A stretch of DNA of 64,000 bases, from assembly GCA_963789135.1 (NCBI GenBank), contig CAWBJJ010000003.1:162507-226506 (forward strand). The letters run 5' to 3'. Origin of the DNA: an uncultured Acidobacteriota bacterium. GTDB taxonomy: Bacteria > Actinomycetota > Acidimicrobiia > Spongiisociales > ZC4RG35. Position 1 is the first letter of the stretch. Every line of letters starts with the position of its first letter. Below are positions 20,890-32,220 of the stretch, piece after piece. A model generated the notes under the pieces. It did not search any database. It worked only from the letters and a program-made list of their open reading frames with translations, and had not been told where the DNA came from. Both the position numbers and the translations under genes were made by a program.

Positions 20890-21920
20890 GCGTGCAGTCG
20901 GACTGCGTTGATCCTCGGGAACGCCGGCTCCAACTCCGACCAGGAGGCCCCGAGGTCGCGGGTCAGCCACAGTTTGCCGCCGGTGGTCCCGAAGCAAAAG
21001 GCCCCGTCCTCAGTGCCGTCGAACGCCCCACGGAGGACCCCGGTGAACTGAGGTGAACCTGACCAGCCGCCTCCGGCGACCTGCCAGGAGTCGCCGTCAT
21101 CGTCTGACGCGTAGGCACGCAGCTCGCCTGCCACCGGCAGCCGGTTTTCAGATGACTCGTGGGGCACGACCAGCAAACGTCCCGACGAAGGATGGCGCCA
21201 TATCGCGAAGCCGAACCCCGCGGGGAGCCCTTCTTCGATCCGCTCCCAGGTGTCCGCGCCGTCCACGCTTCGAAACACTCCCAGATGGTCCTGGCGCCAG
21301 ATTCGATTCGGGTCGGCAGGGTCATGCGCCAGCCCGTGGACGCAGTATCCGATCTCGGGCCGCTCGGCACCCTCTGCGGTGTCGATTGCGGGGATGCCTT
21401 CGTTCTTGGGTTCCCAAGTGACGCCACCGTCGTCAGAGCGGAACACTCCGACCGCGGAGATCCCCACCCAGATCCGTCCCCCACCGGACAGGATGCGATG
21501 GGCGCAGAGGCCGCCGGCCCCGGGATGCCAGTCGCCTCTCGTGCGGTGCTCATTGAGCCCGTCCACCGGGTCCCAGGTCTGTCCGCCGTCGTCTGATTGG
21601 AAGAGACCCGCCTGGGCCACTCCGGCGAGGAGCCGGTCGCCGAGGTTGTGAAAGGTCCAGACCTGCTCCATCTTGCGATCGGAGCCTTCCGCCCATGCCG
21701 GTGGGTCGTCGGTCTGCTTCCAGGCTCGGTGATCGCTGCTTTGATTGATGCCGATCCCGAACCAATTGCTGCCCACGGCAGCGAGGTGCTCGCCTTCGCT
21801 GTTGGTGCCGAAGGCGGTGACCTTCCAGCCAGGGAACATCGGCCCGTCCACCTGCCAGGACCCATTCGATTCGGTGAGGAGGTAGGAGCCCTTCTCGGTC
21901 CCAACGCTGATTCGCATCAT
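20886..21920 (-). CDS. BNR/Asp-box repeat beta-propeller protein (sialidase-fold / Ycf48-like)
   Basis: Intact 344 aa. Asp-box motifs [32 protein letters not shown] and RDLGASW at regular spacing. Confidence 0.7.
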   Translation of the reverse strand: MMRISVGTEKGSYLLTESNGSWQVDGPMFPGWKVTAFGTNSEGEHLAAVGSNWFGIGINQSSDHRAWKQTDDPPAWAEGSDRKMEQVWTFHNLGDRLLAGVAQAGLFQSDDGGQTWDPVDGLNEHRTRGDWHPGAGGLCAHRILSGGGRIWVGISAVGVFRSDDGGVTWEPKNEGIPAIDTAEGAERPEIGYCVHGLAHDPADPNRIWRQDHLGVFRSVDGADTWERIEEGLPAGFGFAIWRHPSSGRLLVVPHESSENRLPVAGELRAYASDDDGDSWQVAGGGWSGSPQFTGVLRGAFDGTEDGAFCFGTTGGKLWLTRDLGASWSELEPAFPRINAVRLHA

Positions 21921-21951
21921 CGAGCTCGTCGCATGGAGAATCGCAATCTAG

Positions 21952-23151
21952 TTGCGCCCATCGTCCACCCGATTCCGCCCGTTCAGCCCGTTCACTCTCG
22001 CCGCGCTCACCGCCCTTGCAATGGGGGTGGCCACTTTCGGACAGAGCATGTTCGGGGTCCTCGCCTCCGATCTCATCGCCGAATTCGGGATCGAGCGCTG
22101 GCAGATCGGGGCGCTGGTCACCGCGAGCGGGCTCACTGGCGCCGCCGTCTCTCCATTCTTTGGCCGAGTGACGGACAGCGTCGGCGGAGTCAAGTCGGTC
22201 CGGGGAGTGCTCGCCCTCGGGGCGGTCGCCATGAGCGTCGTCGCCCTCTCCCCGACCTATGCGGCCCTGTTCATCGGAGCCATGCTCGGTGGCGTGCCCA
22301 ATGGCTGGACCAATCCGGCGACCAATGCCCTGATCGTCGACAACGTCGCGGTGGGCTCACGTGGAGTCATCACAGGGGCCAAGCAGTCGGGCGTCCAGAT
22401 GGGCGCCTTCCTGGGTGGGCTTCTGATCCCGGTTATGGCGTCATTGACCGACTGGCGCATCGCCTTTGCCGCGTTCCTGGTGTTTCCGGTCGCGGGGCTC
22501 GTCGGGATGATTCGCCGGCCGCAGGTCGTCCGGAAGCACACCAGGGATTCCAGTGGAAGGCGCGCCCAGCTTCCCGGAGTCGTCCGGTGGTTGGCTCTCT
22601 ACGGGACACTGACCGGGTTCGGTGTCTCGTCGGTCTTGACCTTCCTGCCGTTGTTCGCACAGGAGACTCAGGGCTGGACCTCGGCGCAGGCCGGGCTGCT
22701 CATCGCCGGAATCGGCCTCGTCGGAGTCGTCGCCCGCATCAGCTGGGGCTCGATTTCGGAGCGCAGGCTGGGCCATGGCCGAACCCTGCGCCGCCTCGCA
22801 GTGCTCTCCTCGGCGAGCACCGTCCTTCTGGCCCTGGCTTCTGCCGGGCTTGCCGGGGGGTGGGTGCTGATTCCGGCGGCATTGCTCGTGGGCACCGGGG
22901 CGGTGGCCTGGAACGCGGTGGGGATGCTGGCAGTGATGGACTATTCCACGCCTGCCCTGGTGGGCCGGGGCACCGGAATCATCATGCTCGGATTCCTCAC
23001 CGGCATCGGGCTCGGGCCCCCGCTGATGGGGCTCTCCGTCGATCGCTTGGGCACCTACACGCCGGGTTGGCTCGCCCTCACGGCGTTGTTCGCCGCGACC
23101 ACCATGGTCGCTGCCGGGGTCCAGCGCACCGGTACTCTCGCCTCCAGTTGA
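21952..23151 (+). CDS. MFS transporter
   Basis: Intact 399 aa with about 12 hydrophobic segments and GRVTDSVGG between TM2 and TM3. TTG start. Confidence 0.75.
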   Translation: MRPSSTRFRPFSPFTLAALTALAMGVATFGQSMFGVLASDLIAEFGIERWQIGALVTASGLTGAAVSPFFGRVTDSVGGVKSVRGVLALGAVAMSVVALSPTYAALFIGAMLGGVPNGWTNPATNALIVDNVAVGSRGVITGAKQSGVQMGAFLGGLLIPVMASLTDWRIAFAAFLVFPVAGLVGMIRRPQVVRKHTRDSSGRRAQLPGVVRWLALYGTLTGFGVSSVLTFLPLFAQETQGWTSAQAGLLIAGIGLVGVVARISWGSISERRLGHGRTLRRLAVLSSASTVLLALASAGLAGGWVLIPAALLVGTGAVAWNAVGMLAVMDYSTPALVGRGTGIIMLGFLTGIGLGPPLMGLSVDRLGTYTPGWLALTALFAATTMVAAGVQRTGTLASS

Positions 23152-23817
23152 GACTCGTCATCGCCCGTTGCACGGTGGACTACTCGGGTCGGCTCACCGC
23201 TCACCTTCCGGAGGCCGTCCGACTCATCATGGTCAAGGCTGACGGGACCCTGGCGATCCATTCCGACGGCAACGCTTCCAAGCCGCTGAACTGGATGGTG
23301 GCTCCCAATGAGGTGGCGACGTTCGACGATCGCTGGGAGGTGTCGAACAGCCGGGGCGAGAAGCTGACCATCACCATCCACGAGATCCTCGAGGACGTGA
23401 CCCATGCCCTCGGCGACGACCCCGGGCTGCAGAAGGACGGGGTCGAGGCCCATCTCCAGGCGCTGCTCGCGGAGCGTCCCTGGGTCCTCGAAGATGGCCT
23501 GGTGCTGATCCGCCGGGAATACCCGACTGACATCGGGCCCGTCGACCTCCTCTGTTCGGACGGTTCGGGCCAGACAGTGGCCGTCGAGGTCAAGAGGCGC
23601 GGCGAGATCGATGGGGTCGAGCAGTTGGTGCGATATTTGGAGCGCCTCGGCAACGATCCCCGCTTGGTCGCCGGTGCGCGGCATGTTCGTCGCCCAGTCG
23701 GTCACGCCTCAGGCGAAGGTGCTCGCCGAGGCCCGAGGCATCGTGGCCATCGAGGTCGACTACGACGGCCTCCGCGAGGCCGAAGACACCGAGCTCCGGC
23801 TGTTCGATCTGCGCTGA
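23148..23817 (+). CDS. nucS: endonuclease NucS (EndoMS); one extra base at GG 23666-23667
   Basis: TTG 23148 overlaps the MFS stop. (M)[39 protein letters not shown]...[39 protein letters not shown] / [31 protein letters not shown]. Confidence 0.8.
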
Positions 23818-23820
23818 ACC

Positions 23821-24303
23821 GTGTTCGAGATCGTCTTCTACCGCCCGGAGATCCCCCCCAACACCGGCAACACGATGCGGCTCGCCGCTGTCACCGGGTG
23901 CCGGCTCCATCTCGTCGAGCCCCTCGGTTTCGATATGGAGGACTCGAAGCTGCGCCGCGCCGGCATGGACTACCGGGACCGGGCGGTGGTCGTAGTGCAT
24001 CCCGACCTCGATGCCTGGCGATCGACAGCCGAGCCGGACCGGATCTTTGCACTCACTGTCGAAGGCGAGGACCAATACCACGAGGTCGAGTACCGGCGAG
24101 GCGACTCCTTCCTCTTCGGGCCCGAGTCGGTCGGGCTCCCCGATGAGGTGCAGGCGATGCCCTGGGTGACGGCGCGGCTCCGTATCCCGATGGTTCCTGG
24201 GGTCCGGTCGCTCAACCTGGCCAACTCAGCATCGGTCGTTGTCTATGAGGCGTGGAGGCAGCTTGGCTTCAGCGGACAACTGCCTACCGAGCCAGGAGCC
24301 TGA
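23821..24303 (+). CDS. trmL: tRNA (cytidine/uridine-2'-O)-methyltransferase TrmL (SpoU family)
   Basis: Intact 160 aa. (M)[36 protein letters not shown]...[11 protein letters not shown]...[26 protein letters not shown]. Confidence 0.8.
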   Translation: MFEIVFYRPEIPPNTGNTMRLAAVTGCRLHLVEPLGFDMEDSKLRRAGMDYRDRAVVVVHPDLDAWRSTAEPDRIFALTVEGEDQYHEVEYRRGDSFLFGPESVGLPDEVQAMPWVTARLRIPMVPGVRSLNLANSASVVVYEAWRQLGFSGQLPTEPGA

Positions 24304-25619
24304 AGGCGATCGCCTCGGCGAGCATCGACTTCTCGATGACCCCGAGGTCGACGCTCTCGTTGGGGGCGTGATACTTGCTGGTGGGATCGGAGCAACCGAT
24401 GACCAGGATCGGGACTCCCGGATAGAGATCTGCGAAGGTCGCGATGAAGGGGATCGAACCTCCGGCTCCCATGAACACGGGATCGGTCCCAAAGGCTTCG
24501 CGGAAGCCGGCGCTCCATGCCTCGACAGCGTCGTTGTCGACGTCGATCGTGCACGGATCTCCCGACTCGTTATGGAGGAATTCGATCGATGCTCCCCATG
24601 GGACGTTGTCGGCAAGGTGGGTCTCGAGGGCGCGCGAGCGCGGCGGCGGTGTCCTCGCCGGGGGCGGTTCGCATGCTCACCTTGGCCCGGCTCGCGGGGA
24701 CCAACTGGTTGATCGCCTCGCTGACCGGTGGGGCGTCGAGCGCCAGCACCGAGACATTGGGCCGTGACCAGAGACGTGACGCAATCGACCCCGACCCGAT
24801 CTGCTCCACACCGTCGACAACACCCGTGAGGGTCCGGGCCAGGTCTTCCGGAATTGGAAGGCCTTCCATCTCGTCACTCACGAGCCCGGGAATCAGCACG
24901 TTGCCCTCGTCGTCGTGGAGGCTGGCAAGGAGGCGAGCCATCGCAATCAACGCGTCCGGGTAGACCCCGCCGTACTGGCCCGAGTGCACGGGTGCGGCCA
25001 AAGTGCGCAGCTCGAACGTGGTGGCGACGATCCCGCGGAGCGAAGTGATGTATGCGGGGACTTCGACCGACCACATCCCGCCGTCGCCGATGACGATGAC
25101 GTCAGGCTTCAGGAGCTCGGAGTACTTCTCCAGGATTGCGACCAGGCTCTCCGAGCCGGCCTCTTCCTCACCTTCGAAGAACATCTGGATGCCGACCGGG
25201 AGGTTGGAGCCGTGGGCCGCGACCGCTCCCATGTGCATGACTACACCGGACTTGTCGTCGGCTGAGCCCCGCCCAAAGAGCCGGCCGTCTCGTTCCACAG
25301 GCTCAAAGGGCTTGGTCTCCCAGTCGTCGATGGGCCCGGTGGGTTGCACGTCGTAGTGGGCGTAGAGCAAGACGGTGGGCGCCCCTTCCGGTGCGGGAAG
25401 CTCGGCGAAGACAGCAGGATTTCCGCCCTCGACTTCGAGCAGTTGTGAGTTCTCGAAGCCCCACTCGTCGAGCATCTCGACGATTTGCTGGGCCGCCTCC
25501 TGGACCGGGTATTGGTCATAGCCGGGAGCGCTGACCGTGGGCATGGCGACCAGGTCGGAGAGGACACTCACTAGGCGGGGCATTACGGCGGCGGTGGCCG
25601 CTTTCAGGTCGTCGTACAT
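24284..25619 (-). CDS. M20-family metallopeptidase (dipeptidase-like); one frame break near 24625
   Basis: MYDDLKAATAAVMPRLVSVLSDLVAMPTVS...LLYAHYDVQP...RLFGRGSADDKSGVV...FFEGEEEAGS / HLADNVPWGASIEF...FMGAGGSIPFIATF...HAPNESVDL. Confidence 0.75.
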
Positions 25620-25678
25620 CCGGCGAGCGTAACCCGGGTCCTTTGCCCCGAGGGCGGCTCACAGGCCAATAATGGCTC

Positions 25679-26410
25679 GTGCTCTCCTTTCGCCTATTCG
25701 GCGTCCCGATCACAGTCCGACCTTCGTTCCTGATCGTCGCCACCCTCCTCGGTCTCTCCACCGGCGAGGTTTCTCTCATCGTCGCCTGGGTTCTCATCGT
25801 TGCCTTCTCGATCATCATCCATGAGTTGGGTCATGCCCTCACCGCCCGGAGCTTCGGCTCGACGGTCGAGGTCGAGTTGAACACTCTCGGAGGCCTGACG
25901 TCGTGGACGATCCCCGACGAGGAGTTCGGGCCGGGTCGGCGAGCGCTCGTTGCCGCCGCCGGGTCGGCCGTCGGGGTCGTGTTCGGCGCTCTGGTCTGGC
26001 TGGTGGCTCAGTTCGCCGGGCCGTTCTTCGGCCTTGCCGACTTCGTGATCGACAACCTCGTCATGGTCAATCTGTTCTGGGGCCTCCTCAACTGGCTGCC
26101 GATCCGGCCGCTCGACGGAGGTCACCTCTTCGTGGCGCTTTTGGAGAAGATCACTCCACGCCATGCTCAGCGCATCGCGAATGTCGTCTTCCTGGTGACT
26201 GCGCTGGCGGCCCTGGCAGCCTCCCTCTACTTCCGGCTCCTCTTCGTCGCCCTCCTTTCGGGGTGGCTGCTGTTCGGCGAGCTGACGCGAGGTCGTGAGC
26301 GGCGGCCGCCGGTGCCGATTCCTCCGATGAGCTTCGATCACCCCGAGCCGGCTTCCGACTCCCAGGCCACCACCGACCCGGACCCAGGGCCTCCGGAGGG
26401 CGATCGCTAA
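25679..26410 (+). CDS. M50 (site-2 protease family) membrane metalloprotease
   Basis: Intact 243 aa. HELGH in IIIHELGHALTA, LNWLPIRPLDGGH downstream, multiple TM segments. Confidence 0.7.
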   Translation: MLSFRLFGVPITVRPSFLIVATLLGLSTGEVSLIVAWVLIVAFSIIIHELGHALTARSFGSTVEVELNTLGGLTSWTIPDEEFGPGRRALVAAAGSAVGVVFGALVWLVAQFAGPFFGLADFVIDNLVMVNLFWGLLNWLPIRPLDGGHLFVALLEKITPRHAQRIANVVFLVTALAALAASLYFRLLFVALLSGWLLFGELTRGRERRPPVPIPPMSFDHPEPASDSQATTDPDPGPPEGDR

Positions 26411-26421
26411 CTTCGGCGGAC

Positions 26422-27654
26422 ATGGATTTCGCCTACTCGTCGCGGATCGAGGAGCTGAGGGGGCATCTCAGCCAGTTCATGGAGGAGAAGGTCTATCCGG
26501 CCGAGGCCGTCTACCGGGAGCAGATGAGGCTCGGCCGGCGACCCGCATCACCATCCGGAGGTGATCGAGGAGTTGAAGGTCGAGGCGCGGCAAGCAGGGC
26601 TTGTGGAACCTGTTCCTCCCCGATCCAGACCTTGGGGCCGGCTTGTCCAATCTGGACTACGCACCGCTTGCCGAGATCACTGGTCGCAGCCCTCAGATCG
26701 CGCCCGAGGCACTCAATTGCTCGGCCCCCGACACCGGGAACATGGAGATCCTCCACATGTTCGGAACTCCGGAGCAGAAGGAGGTGTGGCTTCAACCCTT
26801 GCTCGATGGCGAGATCCGATCCTGCTTCTCGATGACAGAGCCCGACGTGGCCAGCTCCGACGCCACCAACATCCGGACCCGAATCGAGAGCGATGGCGAC
26901 CGCCTGGTGGTCAGCGGTCGGAAATGGTTCAGCTCCGGCGCCGCCTCTCCGCGATGCAAGGTCTCGATCGTGATGGGGGTCACCGATCCCGATGCCGATC
27001 CCCATCGGCGGCAGTCGATGGTGATCGTTCCCCTCGACACCCCGGGTGTCGAGATCGAGCGGGAACCGACTGTCTTCGGCTATCAGGACCGGGGTGGACA
27101 CCCCCAGATCAACTTCGATGGGGCGCGGGTGCCGGCGTCGAACCTTCTCGGCGAGCCGGGTGGCGGTTTTGCCATTGCCCAGGCCCGTCTTGGACCGGGA
27201 AGGATCCATCACTGCATGCGGGCGATCGGCGCCTCGGAGCGATGCCTCGACCTGATGGTGCAGCGTTCGCAGAGCCGGACCACCTTCGGCCGGCCCCTCT
27301 CGGAGCAAGGCGTCGTCCAGGAGTGGATCGCCGAGGCCCGGATCCGTATCGAGCAGGCTCGCCTCCTGGTCCTGAAGACGGCATGGATGATCGACAACGT
27401 ACGGGACCAAGGCCGCCCGAACCGAGATCTCGGCTATCAAAGTGGTGGCTCCCGCCGTGTTGACCTTCGTTGCCGACCGGGCGATGCAGCTCTTCGGGGC
27501 GGCCGGGTTCACCGACGAATTCCCCATTGCTGTCCTCTATTCGATGGGCAGGTGGCTCCAGATCGCCGACGGCCCCGATGAGGTCCACCGGCGTTCCGTT
27601 GCCCGGGCCGAGCTCGGGCGACTGGGCCCTGGTGCCCCGACACCGCTGGGTTGA
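26422..27654 (+). CDS. acyl-CoA dehydrogenase (ACAD10/11- or FadE-like); about 3 frame breaks
   Basis: [31 protein letters not shown] / [20 protein letters not shown]...[17 protein letters not shown]...GRKWFSSGA...[17 protein letters not shown] / [45 protein letters not shown]. Confidence 0.75.
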
Positions 27655-27767
27655 CGGTGAGCACCTCGAGGGCTGTTTGCGGCGCGACGGCCCCGCCATC
27701 TAGTCCGTGTCATCCACGCCCCATTTGGGAACGAATAGGGGCATGAAAGCGTTGAAGTTGATCAGCC

Positions 27768-28046
27768 GTGATTGAGTTCGAGACGTTCGATGTGAAGTTC
27801 TCGCCCTGGCGGGAGTCTGCGGCCTGCATCGATGTGGTCGATGAGGTCTCTTTCTTCCCTGACCCCGAGGACTTGGTTGGGATCGCCCGAGCCAAGGCGA
27901 TCTGTGCCGGTTGCCCGGTCGCAGACGAGTGCCTCACCTGGGCGATCGAAACCAATCAGTCGGAGGGAGTCTGGGGAGGCCACACTCCCAAGGAGCGTCG
28001 CGCGGTCCGTCGCCGCTGGCTCGAGGAGATCGAGAAAGCTTCTTGA
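27768..28046 (+). CDS. WhiB-family (Wbl) Fe-S transcriptional regulator
   Basis: Intact 92 aa, GTG start. Four Cys (..AAC..., CAGCPVADEC), then GVWGG and a basic tail, RRAVRRRW. Confidence 0.8.
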   Translation: MIEFETFDVKFSPWRESAACIDVVDEVSFFPDPEDLVGIARAKAICAGCPVADECLTWAIETNQSEGVWGGHTPKERRAVRRRWLEEIEKAS

Positions 28047-28166
28047 TTGGCGGCGGACTTTGGCCGAGGCCAACCCTCAGCTGTCGCAAGCCTCGCGCGT
28101 TCGGTCCCATCACAGCCTCGGCCAAACAGACGCCGGTCCGCCGCAGCTGCCGCTCCGTTTCAAGGC

Positions 28167-29174
28167 CTACCTCCTCCTCTCTGCTGGCTCGTCGATGTCG
28201 GGCCCGTGCTGTGACGCGATGTGAACCAGGGCGTCACCCGAATTGACCAGGGGGCGCAGCGTCCTCGCCACCACGAATCCCGCCGATGGGGCGAGCACTC
28301 TCGTTGGCCTGGCGGAGAAGGCGTCGGAGATGGTTGCCACGACCTCGCCCACCTCGACCCTGTCACCGAGCTTCACCTTGATGTCCGCCAGGCCACCCCT
28401 TCTCGCCCGGACCCACCTGGTGCGACGGATCACCCTCGTGGGCCGGGCCCTGGGAAGCCGGGCGTCGATCATCCGTAGGGAGCGCAGCGCCCGCATAACG
28501 CCGACGACGCCGGTCTCGATCGCCTCATCCTCGAAGCGGAGTGCCTCCCCGGCCTCATAGACGAGGACCGTTGCCCCCAACTCTGTCGCCGCTTGGCGGA
28601 GCGAGCCATCCCTGACCCGGGCATGGATGGTGAATGGCGCTCCAAAGGCGCGGGCCAGGCGCATAGTCGGCGGGTGGTCGGTGTCGGCCCGAATTTGGGG
28701 GATGTTGACCCGATGGTTGCTGGCGGTGTGGAGATCGATGCCGACGGAGCATTGGCTGACCACTTCCTTTATGAAGAGGTGCGCGAGGCGTGATGCGGTC
28801 GAGCCCCGGGCCGAGCCCGGAAACGAGCGGTTCAGGTCCCGGCGGTCGGGGAGGTACCGGGACTCGATGATGAAGCCAAGCGGGTTCACGATCGGGACCG
28901 CGAGAACCGCGCCCCTCAGATTGCGGGCATCGAGGAGGCTGAGGACCCGGCGAACGACCTCGACTCCGTTCAACTCGTCACCGTGGATGGCTGCGGACAG
29001 CCAGACATGAGGGCCGGGCCGCCTTCCGTTGATGACGGCGACCGGCAACGACTCCTGTGATCCTGTCGGCACCTTGGCAAACGGGAGCTCGAGGCGGGCA
29101 CGGCGCCCCGGGGGGATTACGCGGTTCCCGACGGTTATCGGGTCGTTGCGTATCTCAGGCTCGAGGGCGGCCAC
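28167..29174 (-). CDS. succinylglutamate desuccinylase/aspartoacylase (AstE/AspA, M14-like) family protein
   Basis: Intact 335 aa. ...[28 protein letters not shown]...NPLGF...RDLNRSFPG...DLHT. Its start overlaps the rimK 3' end by 20 nt. Confidence 0.7.
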   Translation of the reverse strand: MAALEPEIRNDPITVGNRVIPPGRRARLELPFAKVPTGSQESLPVAVINGRRPGPHVWLSAAIHGDELNGVEVVRRVLSLLDARNLRGAVLAVPIVNPLGFIIESRYLPDRRDLNRSFPGSARGSTASRLAHLFIKEVVSQCSVGIDLHTASNHRVNIPQIRADTDHPPTMRLARAFGAPFTIHARVRDGSLRQAATELGATVLVYEAGEALRFEDEAIETGVVGVMRALRSLRMIDARLPRARPTRVIRRTRWVRARRGGLADIKVKLGDRVEVGEVVATISDAFSARPTRVLAPSAGFVVARTLRPLVNSGDALVHIASQHGPDIDEPAERRR

Positions 29175-30054
29175 GTGGTTCGAGCCCTGCGTTGTTCTCG
29201 ATGAACTCGATTATCTCGCCGGCGACGTCCACGCCGCTGGCTCCTTCGATTCCCTCCAGGCCGGGCGATGAGTTGACCTCGATCACCAGCGGGCCATCGG
29301 AAGATTGAATCAGGTCGACCCCGGCGACGTTGAGCTCCATCGTCTTGGCGGCGCGGATCGCCATCGAGCGCTCGATCGGGCTCAGCTTTATCGACTCGGC
29401 CGTGGCGCCCCGGTGCAGATTGCTCCGGAACTCTCCCGGTGGTGCCTGCCGCTTCATCGCCGCCACCACCCGGCCCCCTACTACGAAGGCCCGGATGTCG
29501 GCCCCACCTGCCTCCTTGATGAACTCCTGGACCAGGATGTTGGCGTCGAGTTGTCGGAAGGCACCGATCACCGACTCGGCGGCCTTGGTGGTCTCCGCGA
29601 GCACCACGCCGATGCCCTGTGTCCCTTCGAGGAGTTTCACCACGACCGGCGGCCCGCCGGCGACCTTGAGCAAGCCTCCGATGTCCTGGCTGTCATGGGC
29701 GAAGCCGGTCGTCGGCAGGCCGACTCCGGCGCGGGACAGCAGTTGCAGCGAGCGAAGCTTGTCGCGGGACCGACTGATCGCCTGCGACTCGTTGACCGAG
29801 TAGATCCCTGCCATCTCGAACTGCCGGACCACGGCTGCGCCGTAGTAGGTGTAGGTGGCCCCGATCCTGGGGATCACCGCATCGGGGTTGAGAGCCTCGC
29901 CGCGATAGAGCACCTTGGGCCGTCGCGCCGTTATGTCCATGTAGCAGCGGAGGTAGTCGACGATGCTGACCTCGTGGCCACGTTCCACGGCCGCCTCTTT
30001 GAGCCGGCTGGTCGAATAGAGGCTGGCGCGCCTCGAAAGGATGGCGATTTTCAC
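29155..30054 (-). CDS. rimK: RimK-type ATP-grasp alpha-L-glutamate ligase
   Basis: From GTG 30054: [34 protein letters not shown]...[23 protein letters not shown]...[16 protein letters not shown]...[19 protein letters not shown]...SNLHRGA...AGVDL...[14 protein letters not shown]. Intact, about 299 aa. Confidence 0.8.
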   Translation of the reverse strand: MKIAILSRRASLYSTSRLKEAAVERGHEVSIVDYLRCYMDITARRPKVLYRGEALNPDAVIPRIGATYTYYGAAVVRQFEMAGIYSVNESQAISRSRDKLRSLQLLSRAGVGLPTTGFAHDSQDIGGLLKVAGGPPVVVKLLEGTQGIGVVLAETTKAAESVIGAFRQLDANILVQEFIKEAGGADIRAFVVGGRVVAAMKRQAPPGEFRSNLHRGATAESIKLSPIERSMAIRAAKTMELNVAGVDLIQSSDGPLVIEVNSSPGLEGIEGASGVDVAGEIIEFIENNAGLEPRGRPRA

Positions 30055-30507
30055 TCTGGGTCCTGGTTGCGTCGTGGCCGGGGGCCGAGGTAGCTCTTGC
30101 CAGGGTCTACCACAAAGCGATTGCGCAGGGTGCGCCTTCCCAGCAGCATCCTGAACCCCATCTCGTCGCGACCGGTGAGGTTGATCAGTGCCTCGACCGG
30201 GATTCCGGCGACGACGACGGTGGAGGCGATCACAGGTCTGAGCTCGATCCTGCCTCCGGGATTGCGCACTGCCGTCTCCGGCACGATCGGGGCCTGACAT
30301 TCGACAGTCGGCTTCCTCGAGCGCTGTCGGGGATGGATCTCGAATCGCACATAGGGGACACCCTCGCTCCTCGAATCGCTCGACCTCGAAGGCATGCAGC
30401 GAGGAAGTTGCCGCACCGGTGTCGACCTTCGCTTTGATCTCGAACACGCCCAGGTCGGGGAGTTGGACCCATTCCCGCCATCCGACCAGCTGCGGTGATC
30501 GCTTCAC
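30051..30507 (-). CDS. RimK-associated retropepsin-like 'ATP-dependent zinc protease' (DUF785) family protein; one frame break near 30350-30400
   Basis: [47 protein letters not shown] / [23 protein letters not shown]...[31 protein letters not shown]. Its stop overlaps the rimK GTG (GTGA). Confidence 0.65.
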
Positions 30508-30603
30508 TCCGGCACCGCATGCCCGGGGACGAGCATCTGGTCGAAGTGGGCTGTCCCGTCGGGCACCGGCTGATCGTAGAGAGTGTCCACAGCCCCGGTG
30601 CGA

Positions 30604-31875
30604 TCAACCGACGTCTGTGACCAGGAGATCGTCGAGAGTCTCCCTCCGAACCACGAGGCGGGCATCCCCGTCGGCTGCGAACACGACTGCCGGGCGCAAT
30701 ACCTTGTTGTAGTTGGAGCCCATCGAGTGCCCATATGCGCCCGTGACCGGGGTGGCGACGATGTCGCCGACCTGGAGGCCGTCGGGCACCAGCCCGTCCA
30801 TGACCAACACGTCCCCGGACTCGCAGTGCTTCCCGACAAGCCGGATCCTCGCCGGCCGGTCCTCACCGGCCCGAGCCGGCATGAAGGTCTCGTAGCCAGA
30901 CCCGTAGAGGACCGGTCGCGGGTTGTCGCTCATCCCCCCATCGACCGCCACGTAGGTCCGTATCCCGGGAAGCTCCTTGATGGTCCCCGCGGTGTACAGG
31001 GTGATCGCCGCCTGGGCGACTATCGATCGCCCGGGCTCTGCCCACAGCCCGGCCTCGATGCCCAGGGATTCACAAGCCCCGTGGAGGATCTCGGCCCACT
31101 CGGTGATCGATGGGGCGCTCTCGCCTTCGACGTAGGCGACGCCGAGCCCCCCACCGATGGAGATCTCGGGCAGATCGAGGGGCCTGGCGAAGTCGGCGAC
31201 CACGGCCAATGCCTCTGCGTACGACTCGACCCGGAACACCTGGGACCCGATATGGGCGTGCAGCCCCACCAGCTCGATGGCAGCGGAGCGCTGTGCCCGT
31301 TCGACTGCCCGCTCGGCAGCGCCGCTGGAAACGGTGAAGCCAAACTTGGAGTCGTCCTGTCCGGTGGCCACGAACTCGTGGGTGTGGGCTTCGACTCCCG
31401 GTGTCACCCGGAGCAGGGCCCTCACGGGCGGCTGACGGTCCGAGCTCAGGGCTTCGAGGCGGTCCAGCTCGTCGAAGCTGTCGACAACGATCCTGCCCAC
31501 CCCGGAGTCCAGTGCGAGTCGCAGCTCGCTCCGCGACTTGTTGTTGCCGTGAAGCACGATCCGCTCCGGCGGCACGCCGGCGGCGAGACAGACATGGAGC
31601 TCGCCACCGGTCGACACGTCTATCGCCATCCCCTCCTCGTGGGCGAGGCGTGCCATGGCACGGCACAGAAATGCCTTCGAGGCATAGACCGCGTTTCCTC
31701 GGAAGGCTTCCGTGGCTTCGCGGCACCTCGCCCGGAGGTGGGACTCGTCGTAGACGAAGAGGGGTGTCCCGAACTCCGATGCGAGCGCAAGGGTGTCACA
31801 GCCCCCGATCAGGAGCTGACCAGAACCACCTATCGCCGCAGTGTCAGGGAGCAGGCTCCATGGGATGGCGGTCAT
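30604..31875 (-). CDS. lysA: diaminopimelate decarboxylase
   Basis: Intact 423 aa. ...FGTPLFVYDESHLRARC...YASKAF...HGNNKS...HAHIGSQ...ISIGGGLGV...CESGD...GAY. Confidence 0.9.
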   Translation of the reverse strand: MTAIPWSLLPDTAAIGGSGQLLIGGCDTLALASEFGTPLFVYDESHLRARCREATEAFRGNAVYASKAFLCRAMARLAHEEGMAIDVSTGGELHVCLAAGVPPERIVLHGNNKSRSELRLALDSGVGRIVVDSFDELDRLEALSSDRQPPVRALLRVTPGVEAHTHEFVATGQDDSKFGFTVSSGAAERAVERAQRSAAIELVGLHAHIGSQVFRVESYAEALAVVADFARPLDLPEISIGGGLGVAYVEGESAPSITEWAEILHGACESLGIEAGLWAEPGRSIVAQAAITLYTAGTIKELPGIRTYVAVDGGMSDNPRPVLYGSGYETFMPARAGEDRPARIRLVGKHCESGDVLVMDGLVPDGLQVGDIVATPVTGAYGHSMGSNYNKVLRPAVVFAADGDARLVVRRETLDDLLVTDVG

Positions 31876-31959
31876 TTGTCGATGTTATGAAGCGTCGAGG
31901 CCACCGATCGAAGCCCGGCGTCTGCATTGCGTAGGGAGTGGCCGTGGCGACAATGGGCC

Positions 31960-32220
31960 ATGGAACCCGAGAGGCGCCGGCTCCCACCATGGTTGCTCGG
32001 CCTGATGATCGCCATCGTGCTCTTCGTCTTGGTGCTGGTGGTGGCCTACGCCATGGGATACGGCGATGACCCGGTAGTCGGGCGGGATCGCGCTCAGCAG
32101 CTGAGCTCGAGCCGTGTCAGCCCTCGGGCTCGGGTATGGCCCGTCCCGCGCAGTCGATTCCCTCGGCCGGCCGGTAGTCGGCGACGATGGTGTCGACCAC
32201 CACGCTCCCGTCTCGCGTAG
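31960..32220 (+). CDS. possible small single-pass membrane protein (3' end uncertain)
   Basis: ATG 31960: MEPERRRLPPWLLGLMIAIVLFVLVLVVAYAMGYGDDPVVG, with C/G-rich third positions. Beyond about 32110 the frame runs antisense to the VanW 3' end and looks non-coding. Confidence 0.3.
   Translation: MEPERRRLPPWLLGLMIAIVLFVLVLVVAYAMGYGDDPVVGRDRAQQLSSSRVSPRARVWPVPRSRFPRPAGSRRRWCRPPRSRLA

Noticed and set aside
21597-24146. 849-aa ORF on the plus strand, the longest ORF in the left half.
   Set aside because: It is a composite. It is antisense to the BNR gene at its 5' end and out of frame with the MFS gene in the middle. Only ~23148-23665 (NucS) reads like a real protein. Stop-poor frames are expected at this G+C content.
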